Shown piece after piece: positions 1 to 13,769 of a stretch of 64,000 nt of DNA; within the stretch, counting starts at the first letter, position 1, and the number at the start of each line of letters is the position of its first letter. The stretch lies in contig OZ024741.1 in assembly GCA_964016885.1 (NCBI GenBank), positions 314,712,001-314,776,000 of the forward strand. Reading direction: 5' to 3'. Below the pieces are notes generated by a model. It was not told the origin of the DNA, did no database searches, and saw only the letters and a program-made list of their open reading frames with translations. Source of the stretch: Eledone cirrhosa (lineage: Eukaryota). Both the position numbers and the translations under genes were made by a program.

Positions 1-425
1 GATTGAGTGTGTATATATGATTGTACATACATATGTATGTATATATATGTATATATATGTATTATATATGTATGTGTATGTGAATGTGTGGTATGTATAT
101 GTGTATGTATATGTATAAATGTGTATGTATGTGTATGCTTGTATATAGGAATATATATATGTGTATATATGTATGTATATGTATATGCGTGTTTGTATGT
201 ATGTGTATATGTGTTGTGTATATATTTGTATGTCTCTCTATTTATATGTTTATCTTCGTATCTATGTGATATATGTGTGTGTGTGTGCACGTATGCATAT
301 GTATGTGTTTGTGTGTGTTTGTATGTGTGTGTGTATATATGTGTATGTGCGCACACTCACATACACATATATATATATATATATGTGAGTGTGTATGTGT
401 GTCTGTGTGTGTGTGTGTGTGTGTA

Positions 426-473
<48 letters not shown>

Positions 474-474
474 G

Positions 475-505
<31 letters not shown>

Positions 506-595
506 GGTGTCTATGTGTGAATATATGTCTTTATTCGTATGTGTGTATTTATGTATGTATATATTTATGTGTATGTATGTATGTGTATATATGTA

Positions 596-662
<67 letters not shown>

Positions 663-983
663 CTTTATTATTATTGTAATATAACTTATGTGTATATGTG
701 TATAAGTGAGGTTGTGTATGTATATATACTATGTGTATATATAAGAGTAATGAAATATATATATATATATATATATGTGCATGTCTGTTTTTTATTATGT
801 GTGTGTATATATATATATGTATGTGTATATATATATATATATATATGTGTACGGGTGTGTATGTGGATATATATATATATATATATACATGTGGGTGTTT
901 GTATGTGTATTTATGGTGGTATGAGTGTGTGGATATATATGTTTATATATATATATATGTATATGTATATATATATATGAGTC

Positions 984-1045
<62 letters not shown>

Positions 1046-1385
1046 GTATGTGTATGTATGTGTATGTGTATGTATATATATGTGTGTGTTTGTATGTGTG
1101 TATATATATATATCTCTATTAATGCGTGTGTGTATGTATATACATATGCGTTTTTTTATTATTATTTTCATTTGTATGTCTGGGTTTGGTGAGGTGGTAT
1201 TGTTTTTTAAGTGTATACACATATATGGAAGCGTATGTATTTATTTATATGAGTATAAGTAGGTGCATATGTATGTATGATTATATATCTAATTCTATGT
1301 ATGAAGGTACATCTATATATATATATATATATGTATATGCGTGTGTATGTAAGTTGTGTGTGTATGTATCTTTATGTCTATGTGA

Positions 1386-1439
<54 letters not shown>

Positions 1440-1528
1440 CGATGTGCGTATATGTATGTACATCTATATACATGTATGTGTGTATGTATGTGTATGTATA
1501 TTTAGATGTATGGGTATGTATGTGTATA

Positions 1529-1585
<57 letters not shown>

Positions 1586-1820
1586 ATATATATATATATG
1601 GATATATATCTTTATTATCTATTTTTTATATATATGTGTATGTGTGTATGTGTTGCGCGTGTGTGTGTGTGTATATATATCTTTTTATATGTGTATGTGT
1701 ATGTTCGTGTAAATGTATGTGTGTGTATGACTGTATAGGTATGTGTGTATGTGTGTATGCGTAAATATCTCTATGTGCGCGTACATGTATGTATGTGTAT
1801 GTATATCTGTATGTGTATGT
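1..1820. repeat. Compound degenerate (TA)n/(TG)n microsatellite tract
   Basis: Continuous TA/TG/TATG low-complexity sequence. It explains all the YIYI/VCVC ORFs here. Confidence 0.97.
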
Positions 1821-2611
1821 ACATTATATTATATTTATTATATTTTATTGTTTTTATTTTTTTATTTTTCTTAATTTATAGATACATTTATATTAGGCAG
1901 TCTGGTCTGACAATTTAATACTGACCCCTCCCCCCCCTCCCACCTAATTTCTGTATCTTGATCTTGAAATGTGTGTGCCAGTGTTTTATGTGAGTGACTT
2001 AATTTCTATTTGCTTATGATTTTATATCCACATATATAAATGTGAGTGGGGGAGTGTGTGTGTTTGTATGTTCGTGGTTATGTGTATATTTATGCATATA
2101 CGCGCATGTATGTGTGATTATACTGATATGTGTGAGTATGAAAAAAATATATTTATATACTTGACTCCATAAGTATCATTGCGCATCTTATCAGCGCATT
2201 AAGCTTACAGAGATATTAACCTTGAAATTTTGTGTTTGCATCCATCTTTTTAGTATGCACATACAAATTATACACACATTATTGTAAAATATGTATAAGG
2301 TTTTTACATGTATATACACACACCAAACTGCTTTTAACCCTTTGTGTTTTCATTGGTCAATTTTGAACTGATATTTTGAATTGTTGTTATTATCAATAAA
2401 TATACTTCATTATTTCTGAAGACGGCGTATATATGAGTTAGGTATGTATATTTAATCTTGATAATTTGTATAATTTTGTATAATTTTGTACATAGATCTG
2501 TTGAATATGCATACCAATTATAACACATATATACCCTAGAAACGATCGTTAAATAGTGAACTTTTTTTGTTTAATATAAGGAATTGTTTGTTCATTATTT
2601 GTTTAATATTT

Positions 2612-2652
<41 letters not shown>

Positions 2653-3002
2653 TGTTATTGTCGATAAATATAAGAATATCACTAATAATTATAGTAGAAC
2701 ATTCTCAAGGAAAGGTTTCTGATATTTGTACATGCAATGTTTCCAATTATATTGTTCATTTTTTTCCACGAGTTCATGAGATATTGTAAAATTGCTTTTA
2801 TGCATTTACACAAACATAAAATTTAATATTATTTAATATATCATATTTCATATTATTTAATAGTTGTATTCAGACTCATTTGTTTATCACCAATTTAAAC
2901 TTATATTCAACCTCACTGATATGGTATAAAATTGATACCACATTTATATCTGTATGTAATTACTAATATCTTCAACATTACCATATATACTGATATTTTC
3001 AG

Positions 3003-3134
3003 AATGCCAATTAGGAAAGTTTGGTGCTTCTTGTAAAGAGACATGCCATTGTATCAAGAACTCTAACTGTGACAAGCGATATGGAATATGTTTAGATGGA
3101 TGTGCTGCAGGTTATACTGGTGAAGGATGCCAAG
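3003..3134 (+). CDS. Internal coding exon with one EGF-like (laminin-type/MEGF-like) Cys-rich repeat, from a host gene with large introns
   Basis: tttcAG|AATGCC...TGCCAAG|GTatat. The exon is 132 nt, phase 1-1, with no stops. It translates as xCQLGKFGASCKETCHCIKNSNCDKRYGICLDGCAAGYTGEGCQ, a C-x2-G-x-FG-x2-C-x3-CHC...G-x-C...C-x2-GY-x-G-x2-C pattern. Confidence 0.85.
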
Positions 3135-3629
3135 GTATATCAAATTAATACTACTTACCTATTATATATATATGTAATCACTAAACCAAGGTTTTCGAAT
3201 CATGTACATCATTAATCACGACAATTGTTTTTTATACAAATGAGAGACGTGCATGTACGCTTAAACAATGAATGATTATTATAATTGATAATTATTCGCA
3301 TCGTATTAATCTTCAAATGCATTAATTCGGAAGTGTGACAGAATATATTATTGCTTCACAAGTAGCAAGATTATTAGCAAGCCATGGAAGAATCAAGATA
3401 ACAAATGGAAGGAGATAAATAGCAAATATAGCGAAATATTATTTTAAGGCTTGAGACTTATAGCCATAAAACGTATAGCCATATATTTGTATAGCAGCTG
3501 TATCATATTTTAAAAGACTGATTGAGAGAAAAATGTGTCATGCGATAATCAAAGACCGCACTCTAGAATTTGAAATCATTAAACCAAGCATGAAGACTTC
3601 TGCAAAAGTAGGCTCATTATTGTTTTGGT

Positions 3630-3990
3630 GGATTGGCAGTATCAGTAGAGGGTCAGACGCCATGCTTTCCAGCAAAGTTACGCCCCTTTATGATCTGAGT
3701 TCAAATCCCGTTGAGGTTAACTTTGCCTTTCATCCTTACGGGGTCGATAAAAAGTGCCAGTAATGTACTGGGTAATTGCTGACCTTGTGCCAAAGGTAGA
3801 AACAATTATTGTTTATTATTGTTACTCAGAGATAAACGAAAATCTGAAGTTGAAATTATTTTCACCATGACATGAACAGTATTTATCCCGCCGAGGTTAA
3901 CTTTGCCTTTCATCCTTACGGGGTCGATAAAATAAAGTACCAGTAATACACTGGGTAATTGCTGGCCTTGTGCCTAACGTAGAAACAGTT
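3630..3990 (+). mobile_element. tRNA-derived SINE (family A) with a duplicated 3' half at ~3885-3990
   Basis: B-box-like gagttcaaatccc followed by gaggttaactttgcctttcatccttacggggtcgataaa. The same element recurs at 14110, 23858 and 38275. Confidence 0.8.
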
Positions 3991-4702
3991 ATTATAACAG
4001 TATGGGATTAATGAATTCAAATATAGCGGTGTTATTACTTAAGCGATCTACTAACTTTATGTCCGGTGTTACTACGTTAGCATAGCAAATTACATTACTA
4101 ATGATTTAGAATAGTACTAGTTTAGTATTATGAGTGTGAATTGCAGCTGCTGAAAGATATAGTGAACAATTAAGTTGATATAATAGACTTAAACATCCTT
4201 AAGTTCACTCATATCATATATAAACGCAAGCCACTCTCAGATATCACCATACCAAGCAAGTTAGAGGTGTAATATCTTAGACGGTTAACATAAGACTGTC
4301 TGAAGACGAATAGCTTTTAAAAAATACGCACGGATGGATATATTCATATATATGTACGTACGTGTTTGTACATCCATTTATGCGTATACTCGTGAATATA
4401 TGCAGATACAGAGGATAGGTATTCATGCACACATGGTAATTCGAGGTACGCAATTTAGTTAGTACCAGTTATAAGACACACACCTGTATTCACACGCCGT
4501 AGTACATTTTGATAGTTATGTATTTCAGTGTGAGGTTGTCGAAATTAACCTGTCCTAATATCTAGGTAATAACAACAGTTAAAGTCAGGGTATGCTAGAT
4601 AAGGTAATATTAGATATGTGCCTGTGCCATGAATGTTACTTTCGTAACAGCAGCAGTAATCCATTGTGTCAAATACAATATATATATATATATATACATG
4701 AA

Positions 4703-4788
<86 letters not shown>

Positions 4789-4992
4789 CGTGCGTAAAAA
4801 TAAATAATTTAAAATTGACAGAAATAAATTAGTGAATAAATAAATAGGAAAAAAGAAAGTATGAAAATATATTTTTTTACAAAATAGAAACAGACTTATA
4901 CTACAACTTAGAAATAGATTTCTAAAATATTCAATTTAAAAGAGAAGAATTTAAAATACTTTTTTAGGAACTCCCGTATATACTTATATCAT

Positions 4993-6475
4993 AAGCAAAG
5001 TGTGGTGCATCAGTATTCTCATAAATTACTACAAAGGTAAAGGAGATGCTCTGGAGAGGAGCAATTTATGTTATGAAAGTGGCAGAGAGAATATTAGTGC
5101 AACTGATTAGATAAAGGGTCAAATTAGATGAGATGCACTTTGGTTTTGTGCCTGGGAAATGAACATCAGAAGATCTCTTCTTAATGAGACAACTACGATA
5201 GAGGTTCTTAGAGAAAAATAAGCTACTATAGTTAGCTTTTATTGACCTTGAGAAGGCCTTCAATAGGGTACCCCGATCTGTCATCTGCTGGTCCCTAAGG
5301 AATGGCTTGTGAGAACAGTGCAAGCTATGTACAGAGGTGCTGTCAGCAACGTGAGGGTAGGAATGGAGTTATGTGAGGAATTCCAGACACAACTAGGAGT
5401 ACAACAGGGTTCGTTCCTCCACCGGCTCTTGTTCATTATAATCCTCCAAGCCAAAACAGAGGAGTTTAAGACTGGATGCCCAAGGAACTTCTTTATGCTG
5501 ACGATCTGGTTCTTATGGCAGAATCAGTAGCGGAGCTAGACAAGAAATTCTGGCTATGGAAACAGCAGTTGGAATCAAGAAGTCTGAGAGTGAACACAGC
5601 TAAGATGAAAGTGTTGATCAGTAGAAAAGACGTTAAAACTCTAATCCCATTAGGGAAATGTTCATGTTCGATATGTAGAAAAGGGACTGGCATAAATTCT
5701 ATAAAATGTACACAATGTAGAACTTGGGTACATAAGAAAAGATATAGTGGGATAGCAGGCAATCTAATAGGTAGGGAAAACTACGTTTGCAGTAGACGCA
5801 CAGGGGAATTTGACAGTAGTAATCGCAGTGAGAGACACATTTTCCAATGCAGGTGGGTTCTATAGAAGTGGCTGATAGCTTCCGGTACCTAGGTGATCAG
5901 ATTAGCATGGGAGGGGGTGTTCCGAGGCCATAGTGTCTAGAATAAGGACGGGTTTGAAGAAGTTTAGGGAGCTGCTCCGTCTGTTGACAAAGAAGGGTTT
6001 ATATGCACGAAAGGCCGGTTATATGATGGCTGTGTGGGATGCGCGATGCTGCATGGTAGTGATACATGGGCAGCAACTACAGAGGATCTGCGACGGCTGG
6101 AGAGAAATGAATCAAGCATGCTGCGTTGGATGTGCAATGTCAATGTGCGTAAATGACCACGCATAAAGGAGGTGAGAGAGAAAAAGTGTTTAAGAGGGAT
6201 AAATTGTGGTCTGCGGGAGAGAAGACTGCGATGGTATGGACATCTGATGCGCATGGAGGATGATCGCTGGGTAAAGAAGTGCCAAGAAATCTCGGTATGA
6301 ACCAGTAGAGGAAGACCACGAAAAACATGGGTGGAGGTGGTGAGAACAGACCTTAGATAACTGAAGTTCATGGAGGAAAGACCGTGTCAAGTGGAGAGAT
6401 GATGTACTGTGTGTGTAGCACCCGTTCCACCTTGCAAGCAGGGAAAAGAGGACGTAAAATGATGATGATGATGAT
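4993..6475 (+). mobile_element. 5'-truncated, decayed RTE-clade LINE (RT region and 3' end)
   Basis: Frameshifted motifs AFIDLEKAF, GVQQGS, ELLYADDLVL, CSICRKG and GRPRKTW. Ends in an (ATG)n tail. Confidence 0.88.
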
Positions 6476-6624
6476 ATATATATATATATATACATGGAAA
6501 GTTATATTTAAATTGTTGGGTTACAACTAGTAAATATTTATAACTGATATAAAAGCACTCAACAAGTATTTGGAGTATATTTACGATATTAAATAAATGG
6601 AAACTATATTTATAAAACCATATT

Positions 6625-6690
6625 TATTTCATTATATATATTTCAGGGATATCATATTAACAATATGCTATGCCTTCCTCAGACAAAATA
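6625..6690 (-). ncRNA. Type I hammerhead ribozyme (inverted copy of 9094-9159)
   Basis: Exact reverse complement of the HHR at 9094-9159. Confidence 0.75.
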
Positions 6691-7519
6691 CAATATAGAC
6701 AGTTTTATAGATAAATAGATTTGACATACCGTTCAACATCGACTTGTATTTGAAAAGTTGATTTGGCAGAGAAAAATTGTAAACAAAAAGAAAGAAAGAG
6801 AGAAAGAAGGAAAGAAAGAAAAGAAAGAAAGAAAACGAAGAAAAAGAAGAAAAAGAAGAAATGCATGTAACAAAATAGAGAGATGGAAAGATAGATAAAG
6901 AGAAGAACTTCATGTAAAGAAACAGAGAGATATATATATAGAGAGAGGAAATAGATAGAGATAGATATATATAGAGAAAAGTAGGTAGATGGACATCCGT
7001 TGAATAAACGTATCAATGATACATTTATTTATTTATTTATTTATTTAGCTCTAGTATTAATGTTAGGGAGATATATGTGGTTAGGAGAGAAACCAGCTGT
7101 TATATAGAGAGAAAAATGAAAAGTAACCAGACATAGGCGAGGCATAAAAACCCTATGTTTTAATGTAGAAGTATTAGTATGTATAAAAACCAGGCACTAT
7201 AATGTAAATATCAGTATTCCTGAATGAGACACGTGTCCATAATGTGTGAAAAGTAATGATCTTATGTTTAATTTTAAAAAATTCATATGTTTATATGATA
7301 ACTACAAACATCGATGTGAATTTACGTGATCAACTCTGCAAACCCCAATTTCACACGGAGAACATTCTCATTGTGCTATAAAAATTTAAGTATACATATA
7401 TGTGTATATATATACACATATATATAGAGTTTATATTAATTTTAACAATACTATTCTTGTCTTTACTCTACATGATTATCTATCAAGCAGAAATAGAGAA
7501 CAGATTTCAATATATTAAT

Positions 7520-7750
7520 AAAAAACTCTGGCAACTTAAGCTAGATAACGTTAGATATTCGACGGCTTGGAATATAGTCTCAAGTGGGATTCCTTTTAAT
7601 TCATCCTCTGAGACATGTGACCTCTGCGCAGAGGAGATATTCTTTATACTAAAATCTAAAAATTCCCTTAATCTACGGACAAATTTATTCAGTTGCTGCA
7701 AACATAGATTAAATTCAACTTTTAAATATAAATTTAAATTTAAAATGTAG
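7520..7750 (+). pseudogene. PLE GIY-YIG endonuclease C-terminal fragment (Naiad/Chlamys-like CxxC..E..LN.R...C.H motif)
   Basis: LWQLKLDNVRYSTAWNIVSSGIPFNSSSETCDLCAEEIFFILKSKNSLNLRTNLFSCCKHR. Confidence 0.65.
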
Positions 7751-9093
7751 TATATTTAGTTTGATTTATAATTATTTGGGAAACGAGCCGATAAATCTTT
7801 CGATTTCTTCTTTTTATTCTTCTTTTTATTTTTATTTTTATTTTTATTTAAACATTCTTCATGAAAAATTAAACTACCCTAAAAGTTGATGCTCCAAATA
7901 TTTCGAATAAATGTTACACTAGATAAACTTCTATATTAAATATAAGAACGCATGTAGACTAAATGGGCATCCTAAACTTTTTGAAATGATTTTTGCTAGA
8001 CGCGATTTGATAAATAATTTTTAGCTTTATCTGTTTTCGACTCTGATGCTTATAATGAACTTGGCAATATATTGTCAATTAATTTTGAAGGGTTGATCTT
8101 TGTGGTTTATTTTTATTATTGTAGTATTTTCTAATATTTTTATTTTTAATATGTAATATTTTTTCGTAATATTTTTTAGTTTTCTATTTTATTATTATTT
8201 ATTATTATTATTATTATTATTTTTTTGTTTTTGTTTCTGATATTTTTTATTAATATATTTTTTATTAATATATTTTTTATTAATATATTGAAATCTGTTC
8301 TCTATTTCTGCTTGATAGATAATCATGTAGAGTAAAGACAAGAATAGTATTGTTAAAATTAATATAAACTCTATATATATGTGTATATATATACACATAT
8401 ATGTATACTTAAATTTTTATAGCACAATGAGAATGTTCTCCGTGTGAAATTGGGGTTTGCAGAGTTGATCACGTAAATTCACATCGATGTTTGTAGTTAT
8501 CATATAAACATATGAATTTTTTAAAACTAAACATAAGATCATTACTTTTCATACATTATGGACACGTGTCTCATTCAGGAATACTGATATTTACATTATA
8601 GTGCCTGGTTTTTATACATACTAATACTTCTACATTAAAACATAGGGTTTTTATGCCTCGCCTATGTCTGGTTACTTTTCATTTTTCTCTATATATAACA
8701 GCTGGTTTCTCTCCTAACCACATATATCTCCCTTACATTAATACTAGAGCTAAATAAATAAATAAATAAATAAATGTATCATTGATACGTTTATTCAACC
8801 TACTTTTCTCTATATATATCTATCTCTATCTATTTCCTCTCTCTATATATATCTCTCTCTGTTTCTTTACATGAAGTTCTTCTCTTTATCTATCTTTCCA
8901 TCTCTCTATTTTGTTACATGCATTTCTTCTTTTTCTTCTTTTTCTTCGTTTTCTTTCTTTCTTTTCTTTCTTTCCTTCTTTCTCTCTTTCTTTCTTTTTG
9001 TTTACAATTTTTCACTGCCAAATCAACTTTTCAAATACAAGTCGATGTTGAACGGTATGTCAAATCTATTTATCTATAAAACTGTCTATATTG

Positions 9094-9159
9094 TATTTTG
9101 TCTGAGGAAGGCATAGCATATTGTTAATATGATATCCCTGAAATATATATAATGAAATA
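9094..9159 (+). ncRNA. Type I hammerhead ribozyme with minimal palindromic stem III
   Basis: tattttgt-CTGAGGA-agg..catatt/aatatg..cct-GAAA-tatata-TA-atgaaata. Stem I has 8 bp including two G-U pairs, and the core is intact. Confidence 0.8.
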
Positions 9160-9347
9160 AATATGGTTTTATAAATATAGTTTCCATTTATTTAATATCG
9201 TATATATATATATATATATACCAGACGGAATTGTAAAATCATAATATTATAAAATTAAATTAAATTGTTTAGAACTACAAGTAAAATCATTCGTTTTCCT
9301 TGTTTTAAAATAAACTTGACTTTACCAAGGATTTCACACATTTTCCA

Positions 9348-9486
<139 letters not shown>

Positions 9487-9526
9487 ATAAAACCAAAACA
9501 ATGCACGTATGGATATAGAATAAAGA

Positions 9527-9671
9527 ATGCAAATGCAAAAGATATTTATTTAAATGTCCTTAATTTTCGAGATAATATCTCTTGTTCGGAGATATTATCT
9601 CGAAAATTAAGGACATTTAAATAAATCTAAGGTAAAAGACTAATTGTCAACAATATCTTTTGCATTTGCAT
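9527..9671. repeat. Palindrome (38-bp arms at 9544-9581 and 9589-9626) with an outer ~19-bp inverted repeat
   Basis: atttatttaaatgtccttaattttcgagataatatctc, then ttgttcg, then its reverse complement. Flanked by microsatellites. Confidence 0.85.
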
Positions 9672-9678
9672 ATATATA

Positions 9679-9833
<155 letters not shown>

Positions 9834-9859
9834 TTGTGTCCTCTTCAGTGACCGAATGT

Positions 9860-11130
9860 TTGAAAGTATCGGTGTCATCCACTTCTATTTGGATATATAT
9901 TTTTAACCTATATGTGACTTTTTAAAAAGAATCCCAATATTGGAAGATGGAATATCATGTTTTGTGTATTCAGTAGATTTTTTTTACTTTCTAATCAAGA
10001 ATTCTTTAGATTTCCGGTAATGTTCCTTGTCCGACAATATTTTGAAAAGGGGAAAATTGTGAATTTTCCTTTCCCGCATGATGCGAAGTGTTCACTGCAT
10101 GTGGTGTTTCTGACAGAAGGGTCTCTAATCTGTTTTTTATGGACACGAACCCTGTCATGTAGACCCGTTCTCCAATGTAGTATTCTTCACGTTGTGGGCA
10201 GCTCACTCAATAAATTAAGGTTTTTGTTTTGCAATTCACGATTGCCTTATATTTGAAAATGTCATTGTTTCAAAAGGAGATTTGCCCTCTCTCTTCAATG
10301 AATTAACAAGTTCCGTATCGAAGAGTCCCCCAATTCTTAACTTGCATTGTTTCAATGTCAGACGCTAATTTTGCCTTAATAAGCATTTTTTTTTTAAATT
10401 TAGGTACTTGACACCTACGATATAGTATTTGCGGGTCTTTTATGAGTGCTTTAATTTTGGAGGACTGTTTGAGAATCGGGAGATATTGTTTAGCGGCTTT
10501 CACGTTGTTGAAGTTCCATGGATTGTAAGTGACGACAAAAGGGATAACTTCTTTTTCTCTTTTATTTTCTTGGTATGTTTTTCTCAGTTTTGTCACTGGG
10601 ATATTCTGGGCCTTGGAGATGGCGGTATTGATGAAGATCACCGGATAGTCTATTAAGGATCTCTTTCAGTTCATATAATCTTTTTTTCTATAGTGTGGGT
10701 TGTGTTACTATGGTGCAAATGCGGTTTGTCAAATAAAAGGGATTGTTCCATTTGGTATGTGAGTGGTATGGTGAACGGAAATTCAAGTACTGGTGTGTGT
10801 CTGTTCGTTTGTAAAATAGGTCTGTTTTTATATTTTCCCCTTCTTTAATGATAATGATATCCCAAAACGGTCGTTCCTTTTTGTTTCAATCCATTGTAAA
10901 TTGTTTTGCTTCGTGAAGCCTGTTTATGATGGAAAGGAATCTTTGCAGGTCTCCTTGGCTTCTATTACAGATGATAAATGAGTCGTCTATGTAACATTTC
11001 CAGTTGTTATTAATGTAGGTGGCAAAGTCGTGACTGAAGGTTTCCTGTAACTGGGATTATAATTTCACCTCTAGTTGACTCATGACGAGTGTTGCAGATG
11101 TTGGGGCTTCTTTGGTGCCCATGACTGTTC
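9860..11130 (-). mobile_element. Decayed Penelope-like element (RT C-half, thumb, linker and GIY-YIG)
   Basis: Minus-strand fragments GTVMGTKEAPTSA, IPFVVTYNP, PILKQS and EEYYIGE. Confidence 0.75.
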
Positions 11131-11201
11131 CTTTTGTGTATGTATGTATATATATATTCCTGCGTTTGACTGTTTTTTCTTTGTTTTCTGTTATTCCGAA
11201 C

Positions 11202-11232
<31 letters not shown>

Positions 11233-11834
11233 TTACATTTGAACAGAAGAAATGCACGGACTACATCCCATTTATATGGTGATAATTGTGTTGTTCACAA
11301 TTTTCCTGTTCCTGTTTATCTTAGGTGTGGTTTCAAGAATCATTTACAGGTATGTGATTTCTTGTTTAAATACTATTGTTATAAGTAATTGGTGAATTTA
11401 AATCTGTCTGATGTAAAGACAAAGTACAAATGATGCAAAATATGAAGGATTTCTTTCTTTCTCTGGAATTACAAACTAAAGGGAAAAATAGTACCTTGCA
11501 AAATAAAGTGTTTCGATCACAAACTTAGTTGCAACGAATAAATTGAGATGCTTGGTGTCAATGAGAAAACAATATCTGTATCCCTTATATATATACATAG
11601 ATAGATACACACACATGCACGCACGCACACACACACACACACAAAAACTTCTGTGTGTGCGTATGTGTGTGTATGTGTGTGTGTGTGTCTGTGTCTGTGT
11701 GTGTGCGCGTGTGTGTGTGTCTGCCTTGTCTTTGGTACAGAAATAATTTTGTTTCCAGTTCTTATTGCCGGGTCAAAGGCCACTGCTCTTTTCAACAACG
11801 TCAAATAACAACGCCATATACACACACATATATA

Positions 11835-12003
11835 TGTGTTTATATCTGTATTTTTGACCGTTGGTCAGTTAATGATAAATATTAAGGACCAAATGAATTA
11901 AATGTGGAGATATAAAAGATACAGAAGCGAAAACCAACGAAACATTGTGTTCTGTTATTATTTCGGGCTATATTACTCCAACAATATGACCCTCCCCAAG
12001 TAC
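11835..12003 (+). repeat. Dispersed repeat; second copy in opposite orientation at ~16632-16820
   Basis: Shared ttttgaccgttggtcag...gatataaaaga..cagaagcgaaaa...atatgaccctccccaagta. Confidence 0.7.
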
Positions 12004-13121
12004 AATAATATAACAATATATATATATATATATATATTAAAGAGTTAAACAAGATTCTATGAGTACATCAAAGAATGAGTTTTACAGTAGATTGAAAGCA
12101 CTCTACAGAAAGTTATTTTCCAGGGTTATTAATATTAAATACAAATATTAATAAAATAGATGTTCTTGTGATCAATTAAATTTTATTATACATATTTCAG
12201 AGGTACTTGAATCAAGTTCAATAGTACTTCCTCATCAGATAAAATAAAATGATACATGACATACCCTGACATGTTAAATGGTTAAGATTTAATCAAGGTA
12301 GTGATTAACTTATGAGAAAACTCAATATTTATACCCTACAAATGAGAACATGCGAAAACGTAATAGAATCAATAGAGAGAGTGTGAGTAAGAAAAAGATT
12401 GCTTTAATGTAACAGTTATAGAGTTATTAATGTTTGAAATACTACTGTAGGACTATAGAGGCAGATTATAGATATCTGGGGTTACAATTTTTTTAGTTTT
12501 TAGTTTGAGAATGCAATTGATAGATAATTAAAGAGAGAAAGATAAAGGGGAGTAATTTATGCACAAATATTCTTCAGACACATATAAACATGTATAGCCT
12601 TGGCGGTTAAATTTCAAAATATTTAATTTATGTTATTTTAGGGTAACGAATCAAAACTTTAGGTTTTAAAAGTTGATGGTTATTTGTGTTATAAATTTTA
12701 TAAATTTTATAAATGTGTTAAATTTCTAAAATTCAAAGTTTTATGAAATCAAATTTAAAGGATTTACTAGGCCCGCGAAAGAAAAATATATACTGTTCAA
12801 TATTCACGCAAAGGTATTCCTTAACAATATTACTTGTAACAGTGTCAACATTTTCCATATGTATAGTTTATGAAGTATTTAGTTATAATTATCAAGGAAT
12901 TTATTGTTAAATAGTTATAGTGTCCAAAGTATAACAATTAAACCAGAGTTTTCAGCTGTAATTATATATATATGTATGCATTGATCTTAATAAGAGGACT
13001 ATAAATTATTAATTTTATTATCTATTCATATATTATATTATGTCATTACATTAGTTCAGCCTTCTAGGGAAGAACCGAACTCTATGAATATATCAATATA
13101 AAATATAAATTTATATATATT

Positions 13122-13328
13122 TGGACAAGCTATATATAGAGTTAAACCGAACTAAAATTATGATTTTGTACATATGTAGTTGGTGCAAATATGTTTATAT
13201 TGTATAATAACATAATCATAATTATAGTTCGGTATATCTCTGTATAAGCTTTTGTGCAAATATGTTTATAATGTATAATAACACAATCATAATTTTAGTT
13301 CAGTATAACTCTATATATAGCTTGTCCA
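13122..13328. repeat. Mini element: ~44-bp inverted ends plus a ~71-bp tandem dimer
   Basis: tggacaagctatatatagagtta...taactctatatatagcttgtcca, with an internal gtgcaaatatgtttata unit present twice. Confidence 0.7.
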
Positions 13329-13352
13329 TTGAGAACCGTAGAGCAAATATTT

Positions 13353-13729
13353 ATTAAAATAACAGATTAAAGTTTAAGCTAAGAATCGTTGTTTTCACCC
13401 TTAACGTTTTTTCCGTTCATTGCCAGAGAACGTCTTTATGAACCACCTAAGAGAATATTAGTCTACGACTTCTTTAATACCATAAACGTGGTTCTGCCTT
13501 TGCGTGTAATTGTTTTTTACCGCTCCAAATAATGACGTATTATATTCGTTTTTTCCAAGTTCTTTGCCAGGGAACGTTTCCACGAACCAAAGTATCGTCT
13601 TCCTGTCTTCCTCCGGTTGCAACGTCTTTTTAAATACACACTTCTGCGTTTACAGATTGACTTTGTTAGTTTCAGAAGATCCTGTTAAGGGTGAAAGCAG
13701 CGATTCTTTGCTTAAACTTTAATCTGTTA

Positions 13730-13737
<8 letters not shown>
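13353..13737. mobile_element. MITE-like or foldback element with ~53-bp imperfect terminal inverted repeats
   Basis: attaaaataacagattaaagtttaagc..ttcacccttaac pairs with gttaagggtgaaa..gcttaaactttaatctgttattttaat. Confidence 0.65.

Positions 13738-13768
<31 letters not shown>

Positions 13769-13769
<1 letters not shown>

Larger units (their letters stand above)
6582..9202 (+). mobile_element. Penelope-like element 3' remnant with a ~940-bp inverted duplication (arms ~6582-7525 and ~8273-9202)
   Basis: The arms are near-perfect reverse complements; ORFs 6668..6913(-) and 8871..9116(+) are identical. The spacer encodes an endonuclease C-terminus, and each arm carries an HHR. Confidence 0.8.

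Noticed and set aside
1-1820. Many long ORFs such as 1126..1764 (212 aa), and similar YIYI/HTHT ORFs elsewhere
   Set aside because: Translations of TA/TG microsatellites, which lack stop codons.
2495-2555. HHR-like CTGTTGA...GAAAcgatcgTT
   Set aside because: A6 is mutated and stems I and II do not pair. At most an old remnant.
3630-3720. tRNA gene
   Set aside because: The tRNA-like head continues into a repeated SINE body and gives no complete cloverleaf.
12201-12297. Possible terminal exon (EVLESSSIVLPHQIK*) following the EGF exon
   Set aside because: Only an AG acceptor supports it, and there is no protein motif.
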